Source of the DNA: Bythopirellula sp.
Lineage (GTDB): Bacteria > Planctomycetota > Planctomycetia > Pirellulales > Lacipirellulaceae
Assembly (NCBI GenBank): GCA_965216565.1
Contig: OZ244170.1
Span: 2,144,001-2,208,000 of the forward strand
Length of the DNA stretch: 64,000 nucleotides
Direction: 5' to 3'
Positions 20,945-29,093 of this stretch are shown here, one piece after another. Numbering within the stretch: position 1 is the first letter of the stretch; each line of letters opens with the position of its first letter. The notes beneath the pieces are model-generated. The model was not told the origin of the DNA and did not search any database. It was given only the letters and a program-made list of their open reading frames with translations. The position numbers and the translations under genes are program-made.

Positions 20945-21688
20945 ATGTCTGAACACGCGCACAAATTTGATGAAATTCTCGAAGAATGGGCTTTTGAGTC
21001 GGGCCAAGTCCAAGTCCGGCAAATAGAGGGCGAGGATGGGCGCGACCTCATCCAAATGCGGGTCGATATGGGCCTACTGCAGATGGAAGTTACAGGACGC
21101 CCCGATGGCCAGGCCCCCGAAGGGTTCGAAACATACTTCGACTACTTGGTGGCCCAGGCTTTTGAAGAGGGTGACAGCTTCCGACTCGACGACGACCAAT
21201 GTACGGAGGTCGATCGCGAATTCTATCAGTTCTACCACCGTCGAATCTGCTGGCTCACGTTGCGCGAATATGCCGCGGCGATAAAGGATGCTTCGCACAC
21301 GATTGCCATGATGGATTTCACATCGGCATACGCCCCCGACCCCGAGTGGTCGCTAGTGCACGAGCAGTACCGCCCCTTTGTGATGTTCCACAGAATTCAA
21401 GCTACCGCGCTTATGCACTTGGAGGACAACGATCCCGAGTCGGCCGTCAAAGCCATCGACGAAGGACTCAAAGAGCTGATGCAGGTATTCGAGAAGCATG
21501 AAGCTGGCGAGTATTTCGAAGAAGACAGTTTTGTGCAAAAACTGCAAGAGATGCGCGTCGCGATCGTAGATCAGTACGAGCTGGGCCCCACACTGGCCGA
21601 GCAATTGGCCAAGGCGATTGAAAGCGAGCAGTACGAGCTAGCCGCCAAACTCCGCGACCGCATGACCCGACCCGGGGGGTCGGCCTAG
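20945..21688 (+). CDS. UvrB/UvrC-motif-containing protein
   Basis: C-terminal LAKAIESEQYELAAKLRD; N-terminal QMRVDMGLLQMEVTGRPDG. Confidence 0.8.
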   Translation: MSEHAHKFDEILEEWAFESGQVQVRQIEGEDGRDLIQMRVDMGLLQMEVTGRPDGQAPEGFETYFDYLVAQAFEEGDSFRLDDDQCTEVDREFYQFYHRRICWLTLREYAAAIKDASHTIAMMDFTSAYAPDPEWSLVHEQYRPFVMFHRIQATALMHLEDNDPESAVKAIDEGLKELMQVFEKHEAGEYFEEDSFVQKLQEMRVAIVDQYELGPTLAEQLAKAIESEQYELAAKLRDRMTRPGGSA

Positions 21689-21747
21689 GCTCTTTCCTAC
21701 GAAACTCGTAGAAGTAGATTCGACAGATAGAGTTCGATCCTTCTCAC

Positions 21748-21802
21748 TAGCCGGAGGCACACTTGCCTCCGGGATTTGTCGGATCGCATGGCGATCCGGC
21801 TA
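21748..21802. repeat. REP-like paired palindromes
   Basis: Hairpins CCGGAGGCA-CACT-TGCCTCCGG and CGGATCGC-ATG-GCGATCCG, bounded by TAGCCGGA...TCCGGCTA. Confidence 0.55.
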
Positions 21803-21882
21803 TTGGGGTTCTCTAACCAGTTGACTCTGAAATCTTAGCACTGGGCTCATAACTCTCAGCTTCTAACTTCAAGAGAGCGCAT

Positions 21883-21916
21883 AAAAACACACGCGACGCA
21901 AAACGCCGCGTGTGTT
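21883..21916 (-). terminator. Intrinsic terminator of the 22478 gene
   Basis: Minus strand ACACGCGGCG-TTTTG-CGTCGCGTGT stem running into GTTTTT. Confidence 0.75.
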
Positions 21917-21947
21917 CGATTTCAAAATAATGGACGTTCCGCAAACC

Positions 21948-22478
21948 TTACGGTTCGGCTGGAGCGTCGTCGTCGTCGGCAACGGCGATAGGAATCGCGA
22001 TCGCGGCACCGATAGCAGCGGCACACATGATTGGATGGTCGGCACACCACTGAGCAGCCGATGTGAACGGCCCAGGTGTGTTTCCGTACTGACCACGCAC
22101 AACGTCTTGGCCAACAACCATGGTCACGCCTTGCTTGGCTACCGGAGGTGCTGTGTTAGGAGCCCACACACGGTAGGTTCCTTCCTGGCCTCGTGAAGCT
22201 ACGCTGTAGACTCCACCACGCAAGTTAGGCACGGAGAAGTTACCTTTCTGGTCGGTATGCACGCGGGCGATTTCGCCTTCGTGACTGGCCAGAGTTACAA
22301 GTGCCATCGGTTGCGTCTTGCCTTGTGCGTCGACAACCTGTCCGACAAGTACATTGCCAGCCTGCATCACAACGTCGCTGGGTGCGATAGCAACTTCCGC
22401 ACTAGCCAATGCTGGCGACAGCAACATACTCAGGCATGCCAATCCGGCAGCCCAGTTGTTCAAAATACTAATCTTCAT
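21948..22478 (-). CDS. Secreted carboxypeptidase-regulatory-like (beta-sandwich) protein with C-terminal membrane anchor, paralogue 1
   Basis: Signal peptide, LVGQVVDAQG, TDQKGNF, RVWAPNTAPP, AIAIPIAV-DDDD tail. Confidence 0.75.
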   Translation of the reverse strand: MKISILNNWAAGLACLSMLLSPALASAEVAIAPSDVVMQAGNVLVGQVVDAQGKTQPMALVTLASHEGEIARVHTDQKGNFSVPNLRGGVYSVASRGQEGTYRVWAPNTAPPVAKQGVTMVVGQDVVRGQYGNTPGPFTSAAQWCADHPIMCAAAIGAAIAIPIAVADDDDAPAEP

Positions 22479-22643
22479 TTTCGTTCCATCCTCCGGTTAT
22501 GAATCGTTCCAACGACTCATTGCTTGATGCACCCCTGCAACCATGCAAAAAGTGAATAATCTATGTCCCGATTGTTTCTGACGGTCTGCAAGCATCTCTT
22601 GCGATCGCCCATTTCGGGATTGGCTTTACAGTCTGTGTTTGAT

Positions 22644-22670
22644 TTATCGGTATTAGCTTCCTCTTCTCTA
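22644..22670 (-). promoter_or_regulatory. Sigma28 (FliA)-like promoter candidate
   Basis: Minus strand TAGA-N15-ACCGATAA versus consensus TAAA-N15-GCCGATAA. Confidence 0.4.
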
Positions 22671-22800
22671 CAGACGCATCTCTCAGGTGAGCATCAATTC
22701 GGTTGAATTAGGTGATTTACTTAGGCCGACGGAACCCCTAGTCCGCCTATCTTCACTACATGCCACAGTCTTCAAATCCGTGTCTGCTGTTCGAATCGGA

Positions 22801-23610
22801 CTAAGCCCGACCTCTCCATTTCTTGAAGTGCCGCACAAGCTGTTTCTCAGGACTGGGAACCGAGTCTACCAACCGCTGCGAAAGCTGCCCCGGAGGCGCT
22901 CCGCGCTGGATGTCTCTCAAATAGTGAACCAACGCCCGATGAGCGGGGAGCGGGCCGTGCAACATAAAATGGACCCATGCCCAGGCGAATCGGTATTCTT
23001 CCCCACCCATGTCTTCCAGCTCTGCGCACTCCTCTAGCGAATCGACACCCCGCACCATGCCGAACCGTAAGTTCCAGCGTAGCTTAGTCATATGGGGATG
23101 AGAAAATGCTCGCTCGGATTCGGGCATTTCGAAATACTCCGCCAACCCCTCATCGAGCCATAAAGGCACCATCGGCAAGTTGGCGTGCAACAAGGCGTGG
23201 GTACATTCGTGGCGGAGATCCACCGCGAGTTCTGGCTGCCAAAATGCAAAAACGCTACCTCGGCCGGACCGTTGAACAAACAGTGCCCGCCGGTACGGCA
23301 CTCGTGGATAGAGCTCGCCAAGCGTCCGACGATAGGAATCTTCGTTGTCGAACAGATAAACATCGATCGACTGCCTGGCTGGCGGTACGGCCAGCGTTCG
23401 TTGTAGCTCCTGCTCAAGTGACGAAAGATCTTGAAACAACGGCACCATGTTTTCCATGGGAAACGTTGCGTGGAACTGAAACGGCCCGTGGCTGCGATGA
23501 TCGGCCCATTGGGTAGCGGCGCTCGCTGGCAATCCAGCAAACGTCCATTGCGAAGCAACCGCTGCACTTCCCCAAGCCAAAAAGTTTCGCCGCGAGAGCA
23601 AATCCATCAA
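22801..23610 (-). CDS. Tat-signal DUF1570-like gluzincin metallopeptidase
   Basis: SRRNFL, HECTH (HExxH), WLDEGLAEY. Confidence 0.75.
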   Translation of the reverse strand: MMDLLSRRNFLAWGSAAVASQWTFAGLPASAATQWADHRSHGPFQFHATFPMENMVPLFQDLSSLEQELQRTLAVPPARQSIDVYLFDNEDSYRRTLGELYPRVPYRRALFVQRSGRGSVFAFWQPELAVDLRHECTHALLHANLPMVPLWLDEGLAEYFEMPESERAFSHPHMTKLRWNLRFGMVRGVDSLEECAELEDMGGEEYRFAWAWVHFMLHGPLPAHRALVHYLRDIQRGAPPGQLSQRLVDSVPSPEKQLVRHFKKWRGRA

Positions 23611-24404
23611 CTGGCTTCCCTCCTGGAGAATACACTTTTCCAGCCACCACGCTTTTTAATTGTGCGTCGACCCGCCGGCACTCGCTGCTTGCGAGCCACG
23701 AGGCCAGGGTAAATCGAACAAAGATCTATGGCCGTCTGTTGATCGGTAAGCTCCGCCACACGGTCGAAGGCACGACGCATTAGCGGACGTCGCGATTTCA
23801 TGCCATGAGCATCGGTTGAGATAAAGTGAACCAGTCCCTCGGAAAGCATGCACTCGCTGAGTTGCTGCGAGGAGGAACCAAAAGTCCCCATCAGGCTACC
23901 GGCGGTAACTTGCATCAAACAGCCAGCGTCGACGAGAGGACCAAGTATTTCGCAATCGCGAAGGATGCCTCGATTTCTTTCGGGATGCGACAAAATGCCA
24001 ATCAAACCCTGGCGGCTGAGTGCATCGAGAATTCCTTCCAAAGGAAAATAGAGTTCGTGTGGAAGTTCCAGCAGCACGTGGCCGCCCAGGTCGCCCAGGG
24101 AAAGCACTTCGCCGCTGGCCAGCTTTTCGAGCATACCGTCTTCGATCCGAACATCTGCCCCTGGCATGACTTCTAAAGGGATCCCCTGTTCGCGAAGTAC
24201 GTCTTGCATCTGCTTCACGAGGCGTCGGATATCATCCCCTTGGTTGTGAGCAAAGTTTCCGAGCTGATGCGGAGTGACGATCACCGTTTGCGTGCCGTCG
24301 GAAACCGCCATCCTCGCCATCTCCAACGACTCCTGCCAATCGGCAGCGCCATCGTCGATGCCGGGCAGCATATGGCAATGTATGTCTACGAAACCACCAT
24401 CCAT
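23607..24404 (-). CDS. cpsB: PHP-family protein-tyrosine phosphatase (CpsB/CapC/YwqE-like)
   Basis: DIHCHMLPGIDDG, TPH, SHPERN, TDAH. Confidence 0.92.
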   Translation of the reverse strand: MDGGFVDIHCHMLPGIDDGAADWQESLEMARMAVSDGTQTVIVTPHQLGNFAHNQGDDIRRLVKQMQDVLREQGIPLEVMPGADVRIEDGMLEKLASGEVLSLGDLGGHVLLELPHELYFPLEGILDALSRQGLIGILSHPERNRGILRDCEILGPLVDAGCLMQVTAGSLMGTFGSSSQQLSECMLSEGLVHFISTDAHGMKSRRPLMRRAFDRVAELTDQQTAIDLCSIYPGLVARKQRVPAGRRTIKKRGGWKSVFSRREAS

Positions 24405-24515
24405 GGCACGTTCCAGGCTTGCTCTTGGCGAATCCGCTCTGAGCGTTTTGAGAAGAAGTTATTGGTAGAAAAGCGGGCGGGATTGTAGCGGAAGGCTTGT
24501 GAGCGTCAATACAGA

Positions 24516-25622
24516 TCAAAGCTCCAGTGGGTAGTCCATCACCCGGTCCACGCCCGATGCTGTCACTACGAAATTCTCTTCCAGACGAATTCCATGTCGC
24601 AAGGACTCGTGATACAGCCCGGGCTCAGCGGTAAAAAAGTCGCCTGCGGTGAAAGTATCGTCCCAGTGGGGATTCAAATGTGGACCTTCGTGCGGTGCTA
24701 GCCCCACGCCATGGCCCAAATGGTGATTGAACTCAGCCGGCGCTGCGTCATCCAAGAATGCTTGCACTTCCTCGAAAACTTGCTTGCAACTCACACCCGG
24801 CTGCACCCGCGATTCAATCATCGGGAACACTTCGGATAGCTTTTCCCACGCCTGATACTGCTCGTATGTTGGCGCGCCACCCACGGCAATTGTGCGGGCG
24901 TTATCGGAATAGTAGCCACGGAAGCCGACACCCAAGTCGAGAATGTACAGTTCACCCGCTTCTGCTCGGCGATCTCGCGGCAAGCCACCCCGTGCGTTAC
25001 AGCGGAAATCTTGCCCAAAATAGGTGAGTGCTTCGCCTAGCTCGGAAACAGCGGTGGCATGAAGTTCGTTGTAGACCTCCAGCTCATTGATCCCTGGTTG
25101 AATGATTTCGCGGGCACATTCGTACATTTTCGCATTGGCGTCATTTGCTCTTGCCAGCATCCGCAACTCGTCGGCATGCTTGTGGCGACGCAATTGAAAG
25201 ATAGTCGGCTCGACATTTTCCACTTCACCACCAAACTCAGCCAGCAATCTTGGACCAAGCTGCGACCATTCGCCTCCAACCTTGTTGGGACGAGAATTTA
25301 GCGTGCCTAGCAATACCTCGTTGCTCGCTGAGCGTTGCTCGTCGCGCATTGTCGAATGCCATTTTTCCTCGTACGGTACCACTTCATCAGCGGCTACTCG
25401 GAGAGAAACCTTCCGCGAAGGCAATACCAAGGTCACCTGGCCCTGGTTATCCATCATGGCCGCAGGAGCGAGCAACGGCCCCACATAGGCACCGGTGAGC
25501 CACTGCACAGACTCGCTGCGGGTGAGCACAACCAGTTCGAGCTTCTTGTCCCGCATGTGCTGCAACAACCGGCTTTGCCGATCGCGGCAACCTTGGATAT
25601 CTACTTGAAAAGGATCATCCAC
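24516..25622 (-). CDS. M24 Xaa-Pro peptidase family protein
   Basis: ILDLG, YYSDNART, HHLGHGVGLAPHE, TAEPG, IRLEE. Confidence 0.9.
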   Translation of the reverse strand: MDDPFQVDIQGCRDRQSRLLQHMRDKKLELVVLTRSESVQWLTGAYVGPLLAPAAMMDNQGQVTLVLPSRKVSLRVAADEVVPYEEKWHSTMRDEQRSASNEVLLGTLNSRPNKVGGEWSQLGPRLLAEFGGEVENVEPTIFQLRRHKHADELRMLARANDANAKMYECAREIIQPGINELEVYNELHATAVSELGEALTYFGQDFRCNARGGLPRDRRAEAGELYILDLGVGFRGYYSDNARTIAVGGAPTYEQYQAWEKLSEVFPMIESRVQPGVSCKQVFEEVQAFLDDAAPAEFNHHLGHGVGLAPHEGPHLNPHWDDTFTAGDFFTAEPGLYHESLRHGIRLEENFVVTASGVDRVMDYPLEL

Positions 25623-25806
25623 GGACGCTGAACTCCCGTAAGTCTTAGGTGCTAGGTGATGCTATTCCGCACTGCCAGACCATCGTAAGACGCTCCGGTT
25701 ATCGCAGCTAGGGCGTCTCGTTTTAGGACTGTCATCTCATTGTGAGACCGATTCAGTCGCGAGTCAGCTTGGCACCGGCACTAGCATAGCACCTCGGCTA
25801 TTGACG

Positions 25807-25819
25807 TAACCTATTGATA
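25807..25819 (-). promoter_or_regulatory. IHF-binding site candidate
   Basis: Minus strand TATCAA-TAGG-TTA, an exact match to WATCAANNNNTTR, lying between putative enhancer sites and the sigma54 box. Confidence 0.55.
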
Positions 25820-25860
25820 TGTAGGGAGATAAGCCAAGAAATCCCGCCATTGCCGACAAG

Positions 25861-25876
25861 TGGCATGGCTCTTGCA
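25861..25876 (+). promoter_or_regulatory. Sigma54 (-24/-12) promoter of csrA paralogue 1
   Basis: TGGCATG-GCTC-TTGCA with correct GG-N10-GC spacing. Confidence 0.75.
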
Positions 25877-25968
25877 TTTAAAGAATACGTCGCAACACGC
25901 GATGGCTACTCACAAACCGAGTCACGCCTTTTCAAGTTTAGTTTCGTTAAGAGGAAGGGAACCAAAGG

Positions 25969-26265
25969 ATGTTGGTATTAAGTCGCAAGAATGGCGAACG
26001 AATTCACATTGGTGACGACATTTTCATCGAGGTGCGTCGAGTCGCAGGTAGTCGTGTTACTTTGGCAGTCAATGCTCCCAGAGATCTCCGCGTGCTCCGT
26101 GGTGAGCTTCTTGAAGCGGCGAAGAGCTTTGATGATTCGACTCCACAGTCTGGATCAGCAGTCGTCGAACAACCAGTTACTCCGACAAGTTCGGAAACCA
26201 TAATCGTTACACAAGAGGCACTCCCTCCGTCTGAACCTCTCTCTGGACCGCCCGCTACGCTGTAG
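25969..26265 (+). CDS. csrA: Carbon storage regulator CsrA paralogue 1 with Pro/Ser/Thr-rich tail
   Basis: MLVLSRKNGERIHIGDDI..VTLAVNAPRDLRVLRGEL. Confidence 0.92.
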   Translation: MLVLSRKNGERIHIGDDIFIEVRRVAGSRVTLAVNAPRDLRVLRGELLEAAKSFDDSTPQSGSAVVEQPVTPTSSETIIVTQEALPPSEPLSGPPATL

Positions 26266-26394
26266 TTGGTTTTCGAGAGAGAGTGCTTCGGAGTTGGAAC
26301 AGAAAATAGGCAGGAACCTAGAGAGGCAGTTTAGTCGCCCAGCTACACTCGGCATTTCACCCGTCTTCCAATCCCCCATCTGTCGGTGTAGTAA

Positions 26395-27498
26395 TCAGCT
26401 CGTAGTTTGTCGGACCACTTGGTTCAACACTTCTGCGAGCTGCAGGGCGACTTTTTCATGCGCTAATAGTATTGGATGGTGCAATAGAATTGTTGAACGG
26501 CTCAACCGGTCGCTGACAGGTAAAGGCACAGGTTTCTCGCAACGCCTTGCGCCCCGACTTGTGAATCCGCGGAAGCCCCCATCAATGGGAACGTTTCTCT
26601 CGTGGAGCCGTTTAAGTAATTCATCTCTCCTCTCGGGCTTATCTTCTGCCGGCAAGTACGACCAAGCAAATTTGTAGAAGGCACTCAGGCCGCCGTTTGG
26701 CTTTGCGACTGGCTGCAGGCAATCTGCCAGCTCTGCTGTTTTCTGACGAATGAGTTCTATACGTTGCCGGCGGACTTCGTTTCGTTCATCCAGCTTGCGA
26801 AGTTGCGGCCTGAGCACTGCGGCTTGCAATTCGCTCAAGGGATAAGCCTGATTCCCTTGCTCAGAATAGATCTTCATTCGCTGAATGATTCCAGCGTTGT
26901 TCGAGAGAACAGCACCACCTCGTCCTGCTGTAAGCAACTTGCTACCGCCGAAACTCAAGACTCCGACGTCTCCCCAAGTGCCAACCTTTTGCCCCTGCTG
27001 CAAAGCCCCCGGTTGTTGGCATGCATCTTCCACAACCAGCCAACCCCTCGAACGAGCTAACGACATAATCCGTGGCATGTCGGCAAGTCCGCCGTGCAAG
27101 TGCGAAACGATAACAGCCTTAATATCATCGTGAGAAATATCTGCTAGCGAGTCTGCGTCGAGCGACCAACTCTCTTTGCAGATATCCACCAAAACCGGTC
27201 GAGCAGCCAACGCATCTACTGCACGGAAATTTCCAGGAAAGTCGTAACCAGCAAGAGCGACACCCTCTCCAGGGGCAATTCCGCAACCTCGAAGTGCCAG
27301 TTCGACTCCCACGGTTCCCGAACTACACAACGCAGCATGTTCACAATCGAAGTACTGGCTCAATTGTTCGATCAATTCTTCGCAATTAGGACCGTGGTAT
27401 TGGCCCCAACTTCCACTTTCGTACGATTCGTCCAGTGCTGCCTTTACTTCCGAATCGGCAACAGGCCAGAAAAACGCTTCTAACTTTGTTAGCGACAT
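26395..27498 (-). CDS. DegT/DnrJ/EryC1/StrS PLP aminotransferase
   Basis: SSGTVGVELAL, VEDACQ, SFGGSKLLTAGRGG. Confidence 0.9.
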   Translation of the reverse strand: MSLTKLEAFFWPVADSEVKAALDESYESGSWGQYHGPNCEELIEQLSQYFDCEHAALCSSGTVGVELALRGCGIAPGEGVALAGYDFPGNFRAVDALAARPVLVDICKESWSLDADSLADISHDDIKAVIVSHLHGGLADMPRIMSLARSRGWLVVEDACQQPGALQQGQKVGTWGDVGVLSFGGSKLLTAGRGGAVLSNNAGIIQRMKIYSEQGNQAYPLSELQAAVLRPQLRKLDERNEVRRQRIELIRQKTAELADCLQPVAKPNGGLSAFYKFAWSYLPAEDKPERRDELLKRLHERNVPIDGGFRGFTSRGARRCEKPVPLPVSDRLSRSTILLHHPILLAHEKVALQLAEVLNQVVRQTTS

Positions 27499-27596
27499 TC
27501 AAAGGCTCGCAAGCGGAATAGAAAAATGTTAACCTGTCATTCTGCGACTCAAGAGGTATCGCCGAAAATAGTTTTAGACGTCGGGGTTCTTCTAAA

Positions 27597-29093
27597 TTGA
27601 TGAAACAGACTCGCTTCCTCATGATCGGTGGTTTTCTCGGTGCTGGCAAGACAACCGCCATTGCCCGATTAGCCAGGCACTATATCGGTCAGGGCCTCCG
27701 CGTCGGATTAGTGACAAATGACCAGGCATACGGTCTGGTGGATACGATGTCACTCAAAGCTCAGGGTTTTGACGTCGGAGAAGTCCCTGGAGCCTGTTTC
27801 TGCTGCAAATTTAACGAATTAGTCGACACCGCTGCACGACTCGGGGAGCAGAATCAACCTGACATCATCATTACCGAGCCTGTCGGTAGTTGCACCGACC
27901 TCATGGCCACGGTCGTGCATCCGCTGCGTCATCTCTATGGCGACCGCTACGACATCGGCCCACTCACCGTGCTTTGCAAGCCAGAGCATGGCCGAAAAAT
28001 TCTCGGCGGTAGCACTGGGGGCTTCACCCCGCAGGCGGCCTATATTTTCTTAAAACAACTAGAAGAAGCCCAGGTCATCGTGCTGAACAAAGCCGATCGC
28101 CTCGCAGCGGACGAACAGCACGAATTGTATAGTCTCCTACGCAGGAGATTCCAAAACAAGCAGATCCAAGTCGCTAGTGCACTAACAGGGGATGGGTTCG
28201 ACGACATTCTCGAAATACTGTCCGAAGATGCACCTCTACAAGATGCTCCCTTAGAAATCGATTACGACACTTATGCAGAAGGCGAAGCGGCATTGGGTTG
28301 GTTCAATGCAAGTGTTCAATTCGCTTCCCCGTCGGAACCTCCCGAACGGTGGCCACTCGATTGTGTGGTGTTAGCCTTGGTCGAGGAGCTAAGCGATCTA
28401 TTGGACGAAGCCGGAATCGAACCCGGTCATGTCAAAGTGCTGGCTTTGGCCGATTCTCATATTTCCATTGCCAATTGGGTTGCCTCGGACTCACCCACGG
28501 ATTTGTCGGTTAGCAGTGATGCCGAAGTGCTAGCGGCCGACTTTTTGATCAATGTGCGAGTTCTCGGCGATCCTGAGCAAGTCTCTGAACTCGTCAAACA
28601 GGTTATATCTAAAGTGGCGGAGGGACGCTCCCTATTCGCCAAGATGGCTGCAATCCAGTACTTTCGGCCGAATAAGCCGACACCTGTCCATCGGTATGAC
28701 GGATCGATGGAATATATCCGTCAAGCTAGCGAAAAAGTAGCGTCGAACTTGACTGCCAACGGACTTTTTCTCTACTCTCCGCACCCGACTGCACCTGCTG
28801 AGCGTGTACTAAGTCTTAAGAACAGCCAATCAAATTCTTCCCCCGGTCGATATGGACGAGTTCTACCTAGCCCGAAAAAGACGGCTGGTAGCTATCGCGC
28901 TTCTGCTGGTTTGCGCAGTGGTTGGGTGCGCCAGTACCTCGAACAAATGGGTTGCTCTACGTTCGACTCCGCGCAACCCGCTTACCGATACATTGGGACT
29001 CGTCACACGCAAAGGTCCCAAACCGACGGAGCGAACTATTCAGTTGCTCCGTCGATACGACCTGGAAGACGCATTGAAGGGCAATCGAAGTGA
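27597..29093 (+). CDS. CobW/G3E-family P-loop GTPase (C-terminus appears over-extended)
   Basis: GGFLGAGKTT, TNDQ, GACFCC, EPVGSC, NKAD. Confidence 0.85.
   Translation: MMKQTRFLMIGGFLGAGKTTAIARLARHYIGQGLRVGLVTNDQAYGLVDTMSLKAQGFDVGEVPGACFCCKFNELVDTAARLGEQNQPDIIITEPVGSCTDLMATVVHPLRHLYGDRYDIGPLTVLCKPEHGRKILGGSTGGFTPQAAYIFLKQLEEAQVIVLNKADRLAADEQHELYSLLRRRFQNKQIQVASALTGDGFDDILEILSEDAPLQDAPLEIDYDTYAEGEAALGWFNASVQFASPSEPPERWPLDCVVLALVEELSDLLDEAGIEPGHVKVLALADSHISIANWVASDSPTDLSVSSDAEVLAADFLINVRVLGDPEQVSELVKQVISKVAEGRSLFAKMAAIQYFRPNKPTPVHRYDGSMEYIRQASEKVASNLTANGLFLYSPHPTAPAERVLSLKNSQSNSSPGRYGRVLPSPKKTAGSYRASAGLRSGWVRQYLEQMGCSTFDSAQPAYRYIGTRHTQRSQTDGANYSVAPSIRPGRRIEGQSK

Noticed and set aside
25770..25787. 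TGGCACC...CTAGC as another sigma54 box
   Set aside because: GG-to-GC spacing is 11 rather than 10.
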